The notes under the pieces are model-generated. The model was not told the DNA's origin and ran no database searches. It worked only from the letters and a program-made list of their open reading frames with translations. Positions 50,172 through 61,860 of a stretch of 64,000 nt of DNA are shown in pieces (within the stretch, counting starts at the first letter, position 1; each line of letters opens with the position of its first letter). This stretch comes from Ylistrum balloti (taxonomy: Eukaryota). The position numbers and the translations under genes were made by a program. The stretch is taken from assembly GCF_031769215.1 (NCBI RefSeq), contig NW_026782573.1, forward strand, positions 124,001 to 188,000, written 5' to 3'.

Positions 50172-52638
50172 TTTTAACTGATATTCCGATACAACAACAC
50201 ACAGTTTGATACGTACTGCGTCCCTCACAAGGTCTCTCATGAAATGAACTGTTTGATGTTGACACTCGGTTAACTTATTGATCAGAACCTGATGTCCAAT
50301 CAGATGATGGTATAACCCACGCATCCAACGTTTTGTCATTGTGATAATTTTATAAAGAGCTGACAGTTGATTTGTTGTGGTGTATCGTTATACAAATATG
50401 TCACTGAATTCTAATTCTGTTAGTTAGATAGGTTAGAAAGAGAGATTGATGATGCAAGTGTGTTAATACAGGGAGTGTAGAGTTGGTTTACAGATTTACA
50501 GATACGACGTTTGAAATTGACTCGATAGATCTTCATATAGTTTTTACTACATTTCAATGACGCCAAAACAAACTTACAGAAACTGCTTTTCATTCTTGCA
50601 GTACAGAAATATTGATTACATAAAAATTAAGATTTGGCCCATTTCCTAAAACTTTACGGAAAGGAAATTATCTGTTTCCCGAATTTTATTCAGCAAGCGG
50701 TTAATGGTGTGAATTCCCAATGCTACTACAGAGTCGTTTACGCATGACCTAACGCTTCGTTTGGAAGGTGTGCATTTATCCATTTGATGGAGATTGATAA
50801 CAAAGCAATATTTACAAAACGCTGTATTCATGGATATTTACATGGCAAAACCCTGCGGACTACGTATCGTTAAATTCTAACGCGTGATTGAATCTATATC
50901 GCGAAATGAATATAGTTAACGTAATACTTTTAATATTTTCTCTTGTGGTTTGAAGGATGTTTGTTTCATAAAAATGATAATATGAACGATATGATGGAGA
51001 CAATTTTACGATGACAAGTCGTTATCAATAAATCACAACGGTTATCTGGGTCATTTCACTGTTGACTAGAAAACCATGTATCGAAGATTCTACAAAGGAC
51101 TGATGTAAGCTAGGTGTCTCCATAATGGATTTGACCAGGTAGCTTTTCTACAGTGGAACTACAATCCACTGCTCTCTTTTGGGAATCTCTACACATTGAA
51201 CTGTGACACCTATGTTGTGTTTTAGTGGAAACTATGGTCTCTATGATGGATATTGTTGGTTTTTTCAAATATTCGACAATGACATTGAAGGATGGGGTAC
51301 GGTGATGGTGGGTTGATTTTAGCCAGCCAGGGAAATGTTTTTGCTGCCCACAGTATGAGTTTTAGTGAAATATAGAGCATTAAAATATGTAAGTTGGTGA
51401 TTCATGTTTCATTGTTTTTAATGAAATAGTCATTTGTATGTTCATTTGCCAAATAACGGCCAGTTTTCAGAGCTGTCTAGCCACTACTCACCTTTTATTA
51501 ATGGTGGCTGTCTCTTACCTACCACATTGTAAGTCATCGTCACCCAATCTACGCACGAGTTGTTTGATAAAAGGTAAAACATGGGTAGGTCCATTTGACG
51601 AGAGTGTTCAGAGGATCAAATATTCAGATATTGAGGAAAAACACAAGCTGGTTCAGTGAGTCTGAATATTTCAGCTTCCGAACTTTAAACTCAATGGAAC
51701 TAATTTAAGGGAACATTTAATATTTATGAAGATTTTAAAAATCAGGAGGGCAAAAATTGTCAAAATTGGTCTCGGAAAGTAAACAAATTTGTTATTTACA
51801 TCAGAAGCCTCGCTCACCAATTTAGACCTGAAAATCATTGTTAAGGCAAAACTCTTTAATCATTTAAACAGTTTTCCTGTCAAAATGAATGCGTATGCTG
51901 CGACAGATTTCTGATCATCGTTTGGCGCGAAAATACAGCTTTCGTAATAGAACATATTCTGCAGCTGATTTCCAGTAAGATTTATTGTTTTGTGATATCA
52001 AATTACTATTTGAGCATTGACAGCTGGTTTTGCACTTGACTTCACATACCAAGCTGGTTATAAGTGGTGGTTTTCAACATTTGAATTTCTCAATGCTTTT
52101 CATTTAAAGAAAAAAGGTAACTGCTCACAATGTAGACGTATGTTAAAGCATTTTTAAGGCCGTAACGCAGAACCGAGCACCTCCTAAAGGACACCGTAAC
52201 CCACGTTTTTTATATTTCAACATCTCTTTCATTTTCATTATAACGGACATGTTCATGAAGTTTGTATGATAATGATGATCTAAACCATGCAACATGGTAT
52301 TGAGAAAATTACTGGTTTCGAAGCTCACGTCGCTTGAATATTACGGTAAATTTATTTCACCAGCTATGCAAAAGAAAAATATATGCTACATTGACAAAAC
52401 ATACAGATTATTTTTTATGATCATTTTTGTTTTCCAGAAAATAAACCACCAATATTCGTATAAACCTGAAATATCGCGTTGAATTAACGATTTTAATCCA
52501 TGTTGAATCATCGTACAATGTTAACTATCCCGTTTAAACCAGTCTTTCACTTTGCCAATCTTAAAACCTGTTATCAGAGATAAACTTTTCTCTGTCGACT
52601 ATCATTTTTCGGGGTCAAGCGGCGAATAAAACAAAGTT

Positions 52639-53155
52639 TTGTTGTTGTGTATAGTTTTCGTTGGAATACAACCTGCGTTTGGACACGACAATCATCTTTT
52701 CGTATCTGGAACGTCCAAAGGCTTGTCGGAATCTTTCTTGGACCAAGTCACGACGCTGTTGTCTAATGTCAATGCCCGTGTTCTACAACTAGAACGCTCT
52801 CACGAGGAGGACCTCAAACAAATGAAAGAAATGCAAATACAAATTGAAGAAATGAAAACCCAAAATATGTATCTTAAAGAAAACATGGAAGATATCAAAA
52901 CCGAAAATGTTCGTCTGAAAGAAAACATGGATGGGATTAAAGAATATTTAAGTACCGTAGGTTTAAATCTAGACAGTATGTTGTCAAAACCACCACAATA
53001 TCCGCCGAATTCAGATACAAACACGAACAATTCGAAGGATTTCTTTCTTTTAAAGAAAAGTAACAACGGAAATCGGACCTCGATGTTCAGAAGAATAACA
53101 CGAGAACGACGACGAAACGTGCAGACTTTTAAAAAAATACCTTATCGTCGTGCTG
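52639..53155 (+). CDS. C1q-domain-containing protein, exon with signal-peptide-like leader and coiled coil (start codon unresolved)
   Basis: LLLCIVFVGIQPAFG leader, heptad-rich segment and basic RERRR linker. Donor G/gttagt at 53156, phase 1. Confidence 0.75.
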
Positions 53156-53743
53156 GTTAGTATCATTTTGCAACCAATGTCAGTATTTCATTAGTTAAGC
53201 AATTAAATTCAGTGTCAGAACCAATGTTTATCTAGGTCAGCACAATTAGTTGACATGAAATATTCCGGAGGTTTATCGTTGGCCTGCTATTTATTATTGT
53301 TTATTAATGTTTTTCCTATTGTGGACGAAATATGTGTTACTCATCATTTGTTTTCTCTGATACTCCTGTACACTTAAATCAATACCAACATGATTTGTTA
53401 ATGCATAATGGTGAAGTTAGTTTAAAACCGTAATTAATATTCTAATGTATTTTATACTATTTCAGGTTCTATTGATAAAGTCAGTTTAAAACTGTAATAA
53501 ATATTTAAGTATATTTCATACTATGTCAGCTTTAGATATGTAAATATTGTTTTTATCATTTTGTTTAATTACGGGGTTGCTGCACAACTCCCCACCCCTA
53601 CCCCAGTTTAAGTCATTGTTGTGTTTTACGGTATCTAACTCTAAATTTTTAAAAGATGCTACTCATAGGTTTGTCTTTTGTACAATCATATTATTTCAAG
53701 TTCTATTGATAAACTTAGTTTAAAACTGTAATCAATGTTTCAG

Positions 53744-54144
53744 TTTCTGTTCCGGAAAATGCCGCATTTCACGCAGTTCTGGACATTGATTTGGTAAATC
53801 CGGGTAAAGGCTACCAGATAGTTTTTGGGCAAGTTTTAACCAATACTGGGAGAATGTACAGTAGCAACACAGGAACATTCTCATGTGGGTCCTCTGGGAC
53901 GTATGTCTTCATGTGGACGGTAACTTTAGCGTTCGACCACTGGACGGACACTCATTTAGTCCGCAACGGACAAGTAATAGGAATCATAGTAGCTGGAAAC
54001 GCATATCACTACGGATCGTACTCAGGCACTGCTTTAGTTAATCTGGATGTTGGAGATGAGGTGTTTGTGAAGGTAGATTATCACCAAGAAAACACTACCA
54101 TTTACTCCGCAGCCAGTACTTTCACGGGTTTCAAGCTTTTTTGA
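53744..54144 (+). CDS. C1q-domain-containing protein, globular C1q exon
   Basis: Acceptor tttcag at 53743 joins in phase 1 to give VSVPENAAFHAVL...IVFGQVLTNTGRMYSSNTGTFSCGSSGTYVFMWT...LVNLDVGDEVFV...STFTGFKLF*, the canonical gC1q motifs. AATAAA at 54180. Confidence 0.93.
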
Positions 54145-56135
54145 TAGCTTCTCATCATATTATTTTTTTCGAGTTTTCTAATAAACGTTGATTAAATTAC
54201 TCGTCAGTTTCATCAGGTGTTGTTAAGCCTCACACCGTCAAATTTGCATGGCATGTATTAAAATTTTTATTGTAACGTAATAAACATTTTTGTCAGCATT
54301 TGTAGACAGAGCAATTTTTAAAACAAATCTTAAGTGTCAATATTTAGTGATATTCTCTACCTTGTGTGACGGTATAACGTTTTAATGTCAAGATTGATAA
54401 AATTGAAATTTATTAAATTTGCATTTGATATCAGAATGTGGGTGTCGACATTTTGTAAGTCTTTTTCAATAAGTATACCACACTTTTGTTTGACCTAGAC
54501 ATTTTAAGAACAGATGTTTTACTTGATAACCTAATAGTCTAACAACACAGTATGCACATGTCTTATCTATAGGGAACCTTAAGCCGCCATTTCCCTGTAT
54601 AAGGTCAAATCAATGTGATTTGTCAAATAACACCGGATCCAAATGTATGAGGTGTCACCATGTACCTAATACACGACAGATCAATAATATCAGTCACCAA
54701 GACACTTGTATCATACAAGTTCGGATACTCAAGCGCTGATTTAATAAAAGCTCCTCATTTAGTTTTTCAATTCATACTAAGATTATTTAGACTGGGTTGT
54801 TGGATGCAATCTCAGATTCCGTTGATTGTATTATCAGTGAAAGTGATAACCATATTATAGAAAGGATCGTAATACTAAAGAGCCTCATAGCTGTGACATA
54901 GTATCATTTTTACCCTGGTCTGGTTCCAAATTACTAACCTGGGCTTCCTATACGAGTGTGACATATGTCTAGTTTCACACCTGTTTTCTCCTATTTATTC
55001 AATAGTCCCAGATATTATTAAAGGTCATTCACCCATTCTCCATGTAATTCCACAACCAACTCCAATCTCTTTTCTAATAACATGTTTCTCTTGTTCATTA
55101 CTATTCACCGTGATGCGCCTAGTCCGATCTAAAAATTGACAACACAACCTGTTTCTTTGCTACTTTGCGCCGTCTCACAAAGTAACCATAAAATTTCAAC
55201 GACCAACCTCGTACAGATATGTTTTCATCTCTCTTAAGGAGAGCTCAGATATCTTTCCCGGAATACCTTACTGGCCTGAAACGACTTTAGATGTTAATAG
55301 CCTTCGAGCCAGGAGATTGAAAACTCATTAACAGTAATGCCTGTTTTGATAGTAAGCAGGTGTTTTCCTGTTTTATGGCGAATGACCTTTTGTATATTAT
55401 TTCTTTTCTGCATCAATTTACTTTGACTTAAATCCTATGATAGCTATATATCACATATATTCTAACATGTACGTGTTTAAATTAAATCTATTCTCCTCAG
55501 TAGACATACATACATGGTAGTTTGATGCTGCTGCCCTTCCCCTGAAGATGTATGCTAATTTTCATTTTTCTTTGATCGATAATTTCTATTTTAATAAGCA
55601 TAATCATGACAAAACGCGGCAACAAAACTAACAACTTTAAAGTTTGCATATTTTACAAGCACGCATCCACTTATAGTATGTGAAGCATGTTGAAAATGAT
55701 TTATTACGAAAATACATTCTTAATAATCATGGTGTAACTTTGTTTTGCCTGCTATCCTCTATGCGGCTCTCCCTCCGTGTAATGTTTGAAGCCTAATTAC
55801 GGATGAACATTTCTGTATTTCTTGTGGCAACCAACTTTTAATGAGTAAAACGTACATGTATATTCATCATTTATATCTTCTAAATACTATTTGATATAAA
55901 TCAAACGCACGAACATGCTATAGTTCTGAACAAAAATTATCCTATGTATGACGTATTATTTACATATATCGGTAATGGTGTTAAGTATCTGGTTCCGAAT
56001 TATCGTCCTCTTTCCGGTAGGCGGTGGTATATGTATGCTATAAATCGCGCGTCGATATTAAAAATATTATAAGTTTCTTCATTTTTATAGATACATGAAA
56101 ATATTTGACTAGAAGAATTTTAATGCACTCTGGAC

Positions 56136-56648
56136 ATGGAAAAAGTGAAATTATTTTACCATGTCACAACTTCGCTTTTCAAACCAAACATCATTCAAGC
56201 ACAAGCAATTATTCCACAGCCCCAAAATCAATCGGCAGATTGGATGCGACTTTTGAATCCAATGTACAAGGATAAGATTCCAGATGGAGTCTGGTTCTGT
56301 TCAACACTTTTCAATGGTAATCTGCCAAACAAATCGCCTTATGGCACACAGCGCGTGAAGATACCGATTGAAAAAGTTTTCAGCCAACTTGGAAGCAGCG
56401 TGAATCTGTACCTTGGACAAAAAGCGGAGGTCTCCGGTAACAAATATATCCGGCTTATGGCTGTAAAGGAAGGCGATACCTTTGAATGTTTAGAGCATAT
56501 GCAGAAGATTGATCCTGTCGACAACGAATGGATGAAGTTTACTTCGGATACCGAATTTGCAGTTGCTAAACGACCTGTTTGGGTGGAAGTATTTTTCCCC
56601 TATAAAATTCAGGTGGAAAACGAAGAGTGGGATACAGTGGAAGAGTAA
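56136..56648 (+). CDS. Stand-alone PHYHIP C-terminal-like domain protein, 170 aa, single coding exon
   Basis: GVWFCSTLFNGNLPNKSPYGTQRVKIPIEKVF, NLYL, YIRLMAV, IDPVDNEWM and VWVEVFF are collinear with PHYHIP C-terminal motifs recalled from memory (GVFFS...PQDSPYGRWRFQIPAQRLF, NLYF, HYAILVL, LDIACNKFL, LILEIIY). No FN3 domain. Acceptor tttttatag at 56090; AATAAA at 56843. Confidence 0.8.
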   Translation: MEKVKLFYHVTTSLFKPNIIQAQAIIPQPQNQSADWMRLLNPMYKDKIPDGVWFCSTLFNGNLPNKSPYGTQRVKIPIEKVFSQLGSSVNLYLGQKAEVSGNKYIRLMAVKEGDTFECLEHMQKIDPVDNEWMKFTSDTEFAVAKRPVWVEVFFPYKIQVENEEWDTVEE

Positions 56649-57611
56649 GTGACATTATCTTAATGTGAAAGCAAATAATTATATGCTCAAATTTTTTTAA
56701 TGTAGATACCAAATTTTGATCGCGATCAGAAAGCATAAGAGAACTTACGAGGAAAACAGAACTTTGTTTTTTAAAAAGTTATAATGTATACGTAAATGTA
56801 TTTCAGTGAAGGTTGAATTTTGCTCTTTCGTTCATTAGGCTCAATAAAAGCTAGACCAGAGGTTTGGTTAAAAAACTTGGATGTTATTTTAGGCAAATTG
56901 AGCAATGGAGGATCAAACGCATCCGGTTGACAATTTATGAAACTCATTAAGAAGAGCACTAAATGAGTGATTGTCCAATGATTTAGTGATTCTCTAGCAA
57001 AGTTATATGTAAAAATTCTCTTGAACTGAATGATGATTTCATTTCCTATTAACAATTACTATTATACATAAAAAACGGGAAAAATAACTAATAAGTTTAA
57101 TAGGTATGATTTCTTTATATATATATATTTTTGAAATCCCTTCATAAGAAAAAACTTATGATTTGTTTTTACGTTTTGGAGCAATATAAAACGTCAAGAA
57201 AATACTAACACGGCAATACCATCATAATCCAAACTCAAATTCCATATAACTAGACCAAGATATGAACAAAAAGATTAATAAGGAGACTCCTGAAAAAGTA
57301 CATGAATAATAGCAATATAAATCAAATACACCGAATATTTGATACTATAATGAATAGCTATGGAATCATCTGCAACAAACAGCAATAAGGGATTAAAGTT
57401 TATAAATAAGTTTAATCAGAGAGTCTGTGAATAAGCAATTTGAATTAGAAGTATGCTCAGGATACTGAAATTCAAGATGCTACATAAAAAGGCTGTAAAA
57501 AACTACACAAATCGTTTCTTTTTACCATCTGAAAAATATTTTCATGTTATGTTAAAATGCAAAAATGTATCTTTAATTAATTTGGCATTGACATGCTCCT
57601 TACATTTTGTT

Positions 57612-57825
57612 NNNNNNNNNNNNNNNNNNNNNNNNNNNNNNNNNNNNNNNNNNNNNNNNNNNNNNNNNNNNNNNNNNNNNNNNNNNNNNNNNNNNNNNNN
57701 NNNNNNNNNNNNNNNNNNNNNNNNNNNNNNNNNNNNNNNNNNNNNNNNNNNNNNNNNNNNNNNNNNNNNNNNNNNNNNNNNNNNNNNNNNNNNNNNNNNN
57801 NNNNNNNNNNNNNNNNNNNNNNNNN
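57612..57825. other. Assembly gap (214 N)
   Basis: Run of n characters. Confidence 0.99.
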
Positions 57826-58640
57826 GATCCATTAGAGTTTTACATTTTCCGTTTTTCCAGAAAAAAAATCGACTAACGGTCAAGTGTCTGACTATTTACA
57901 TTACAGATTGAAGTAAATGAGAACTGGACATGATTAATCCAAACTGAACCCGTTACCCTTACGAGGGAAGTAGAAGACACCGAAATAAAGCACGATGGAT
58001 GTCATGTGGAATATCAGTGACTCTATGTAATCTTTCTAAATTATACTCATACTTATAATTATACTCATTTCCACATTATGTATCTTATTTTGCTCCATAT
58101 ACTGTTTAAATAGATAATACTTATCTACTGTTAACTAAGAGTACCAAAAGAAAAGCATTAAAGTTATTTAAGACATAATTGATGACTTCACGATAAAATG
58201 AGATACCCAAGGAAACGATGGCATCACTTGGTGAAAGCAATTTATTACAATATATAGCATTGCAGTCGACCAAGATGTAAATGTTCATGAACTTTTCATT
58301 TTTAATTCTTTAATTGAACAATCAAACTGTTTTAAAATGATGTATTGTATATCAAATCATCATTATGTTCAGTCATTCATTGAATAAATCACATATCTTA
58401 TTTGTTTTGAGTTATTTTCTTATTAACCATTTTTCTTTATTTTCGAAATTCTGTATATACTTTGAGATTCGCCTGATTTCCCTGCAAATTTCACCAACAT
58501 TAGAAATGTTCACGGATTTCATAGGGAGCTCATGAAATGCTATACTTTTTAAAAACTTTCTATGTAACTAACTTTATCATTTTTTCTACGCGTGTTCATG
58601 ATATCACATTTTTAGATTGCATTAATTATCAAGTAAACAC

Positions 58641-58762
58641 AATGATTTCAGTTCCCTATCGTAAATTTTCCATTCCTGGATAGCATCATTTCTGTATCCC
58701 TAACGTATGGTGGCTACATATTGCAGTTGATTCGATATTCAAGGGCCTGCTCCCATTATTTT
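58641..58762 (+). mobile_element. Penelope-like retroelement fragment
   Basis: With one frameshift it reads NDFS/PIVNFPFLDSIISVSLTYGGYILQLIRYSRACSHY, matching the DDFxFxIVNFPFLxSNIPxxPAYGVYISQLIRYARAC motif. Confidence 0.7.
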
Positions 58763-59819
58763 GTGCAAGAGTCGTCCAGTAACGGACAAAGTCGTAACAC
58801 AGGCTTTCAAATGTTGCAGATTGATAAAAAGATAAGAGGAAGTTTTACGGTTATTAAAGTGATATCCTTGAGAAATATTCTACTTTTTGTGCGATATGAA
58901 GCTTGACGTATTTGATGCTCATTAGTTTGCTGATCGTTGTTGCATACCTTGATCTCATTTGAAAACAAGACATTACCTACTTGGGTTTACATGGCAAATG
59001 TTGTTGATAGAGAAGAGGACGCTTACTCTTCCGGAACAACTGTTCTTGTTTTCCTTGTACTTTTACGGGAGTCTCGGAGCAAATCTTTCTTTTGTTCATA
59101 TTTTGTACTAGTTTGATTGAATTTGTGCCTGAAATATCTGAAAATATATCAAGGAAATACCTTATTTATCAGACAATCAAAGCAAACCTTAAGACATGAA
59201 TGACATTTACTATGAAAAGTCTTCGCGATTCGTAATTTGATACTGTCGTACGCCTTGAGAGAAACATAAAAACAATTCATGGTGAATGCTGGTTGTTAGT
59301 AACATGAACATCCGATCAAAAAAGCGTCATGCCGAAGCGGGAAACAAATATGGCTTGTTTATCTTTTCGAAGAAATGAACATGGACAGACTTTCTGGAAA
59401 GCACGATGTCTGTGGAAACAAGTCAGACATCATAACATTGTTATTAGGAGACATAAACAACTTTACTGTTACTAGGAGACGTCAACAAAATTCTGTTGTC
59501 ACTTGGAGACGCAAATAACATTACATTGATACTTAGAGACGCAAACAACGTTAAATTATTACTAGAATACGCGAATACCACAAATGATATAAAAGAGTGT
59601 GGCCATCCTCATTTTCAAGCATTTCATTTAGGAAGCCAGAAGTGTTTTCAGGACATTCATTATGTTGGAATATCTAGCTTGGCATCTAGGCAGAAATACA
59701 GATCTTTTACTGAAGAGACAGAAACAATATTCGACGGAATAAGTCAACCATCCAAAACTTGTTATTAAGGTGTGATGGATAGTTAAATCATTTAATGACT
59801 AGGTTAAGTCTTCAAAACA

Positions 59820-60050
59820 TAGAACTGTTGTCCGGGGGCATAACTTCAGAAAAGTTGAGGTAGCTCAAGACGATATAGATTGTGCATATCTGCAATGCAT
59901 AAGGATTTTAGCTAGCAAGTATGACTGAAATTGATTCAGAAGTTGAGAGGTAGCCGGTTCATCGTTGTGTCTACAGACGGATGGACTGACAACCAGCTTC
60001 CAATTTATCCACTACCTTCATTTAGGGGGCGGTAGGGATAAAAATACCCT
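59820..60050 (+). mobile_element. Degenerate non-autonomous Helentron-associated (HINE/CvA/pearl-like) element
   Basis: gggcataact motif, gacggatggac tetranucleotide remnant and a G-rich 3' end, the usual layout of these bivalve elements as recalled. Confidence 0.42.
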
Positions 60051-61619
60051 TTATTAGAGTTTTAAAAAATAAACGGTTAACATATACGCATACGTATGAT
60101 GAAAGTATATGTAAGATAGCATTTATTTCTTATTTGAGGAAGTTTTATTATTTCCCGAAATTTCATGTGATCAAAAGTATTTATGATGACGCCACCATGC
60201 TCAGGTATTTACCAAGATCTTTAGTTGACATGATCTACGTTTCTCAACTCGGTGTATACTTTGTACTAAGGAATACTTCAATATTTTCAATACATGTATC
60301 ACTATGTATTTTCTTATTCCATGACATGAGCTGACTCATCTAAACAGACATCTGAAGCAGTTATTTCCCTTTGTTCACATAGAAAAGTGATTCACGAACT
60401 GAGTCAAACTGCAATGTCGCGGCTTACGGATCATAATGTTAACCAGATCTCATCAGATCCGCCAAACTGAACTCTGATCGTCTTAACCATTATCAAATAA
60501 ATAATAACATTTAGCATTGTCATCTTAGAGTAAATTGATATATTACAAATAATGATTTTTATCAAAATTCCTTATACAAGTAACGCATGCAAAAGCTCTC
60601 ATGTTGCATTGATATTTGACAATATATGATATGGCAAAGGGTTACTATAGCATGAATCAAATTGCAAAAAATGATAACAATCAAAATTTAATCGGTGATA
60701 AAATCACTTTTATCTAAGATTTGACTTTTATAATTAGATATACATTACATAACATAGCATAAAGTATTTCAGCTTAAATAATCAAGCGGATTGTTGGCAC
60801 TGGTCACTATTATATTTCAGTCCAGTGTTTTACTCTCATGTGACAGTTGTTGTTGTTGGAAGACTATTTTAAAAGTATTGGGCTATCTTGTTTAAAGGAT
60901 TTAACGTTACCGTTGCTTGCCTGGAAGTGATATACTTCCTTATTGTTCAGGAACTACTTTTAATTGTGTGGACACTGCTCATATGAGTACTCTAATCTCA
61001 GCATTGGGGCAAAGACTCGTCATTTATCAAAACATTAACACAAATTGATTGTATTCAACTCTAGGCTAGAAATTTTAATCAAATTTTAATTTAACTAGGG
61101 ACACTATAATATACATCAAAAGTATACTTCATGATGTTGTTTGTATTTTATTTTTAAGCACAATTATATGTAAAAAATAAACCATTTTGATAGGTGAATC
61201 AAGTCGTTACTGGGGGTCCCTTTTTAATTGCTAGTCTGAAATTAGTTTTATTTCCATTCAGCCCTATGGCTGTTCAGGTACACTTGCGCTTGTAACTCTC
61301 CAGGGAGACGAATGAATCATCTCTGTACGCGTGTCACCTGGTTCCAAGGGTAATCCATATATAACTAAGTGCCTCAACCCAAATCACGCTTTTATGTCAT
61401 TCACAGCGGAAGTAGATAGACGTGGTCTTTAAGAGCAAGACGAAAATACCAAAATGTGAGCAGAAACATAATCCAAGCTCTAATTCAATAAAACTCTTGC
61501 AAAATATGAACAAAAAAAAAGAGATTACTGAAAAAGTAAAGTGAAATAAGAAAGGGGATTCCGCAGGAGAAAGCCTTATAGGATTGTTTGTACCAATTCT
61601 GTCTCTTCTAAAAGTATTT

Positions 61620-61860
61620 AAACAGTAAAAGTCACTTTTGAGTTTACAGTTGTGAAGTCAGGAGACCCCAAGTTCAGGATTGTTAGGAGTTTATTGGAAT
61701 ACGCGAAGAAAACTTCTAGCATGAGGAAGACTAGACTTTCAGGATCATAAAACTCTGGAAAGGCAATTTCTGCTTGTACATTTGCAAATTGATTAAGGGT
61801 TCTTTGGGTGAAGCTGATGTAAATACCGCATCCTTTAAGCCACATGCCAAACGCGAGCAA
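61620..61860 (+). mobile_element. Decayed tyrosine-recombinase fragment of DIRS type
   Basis: Reads GDPKFRIVRSLLEYAKKTSSMRKT...KAISACT..., then after stops and a frameshift GEADVNTASFKPHAKR. This resembles DIRS YR (DPxLCxVxxLxxYxxxTxxxR...AGIxTxxFKPHSTR) and keeps the catalytic HxxR. Confidence 0.6.

Noticed and set aside
50172-50339. 56-aa N-terminal extension of nAChR-like copy 3
   Set aside because: Absent from the paralogs, precedes a normal signal peptide, and overlaps the shared promoter-like motif.
55000-55350. Possible LINE RT remnant on the minus strand
   Set aside because: Only a faint resemblance (ITVN...KEIGVGCGI) amid many stops.
57453-57911. ORFs spanning X residues
   Set aside because: Artefacts of the N gap.
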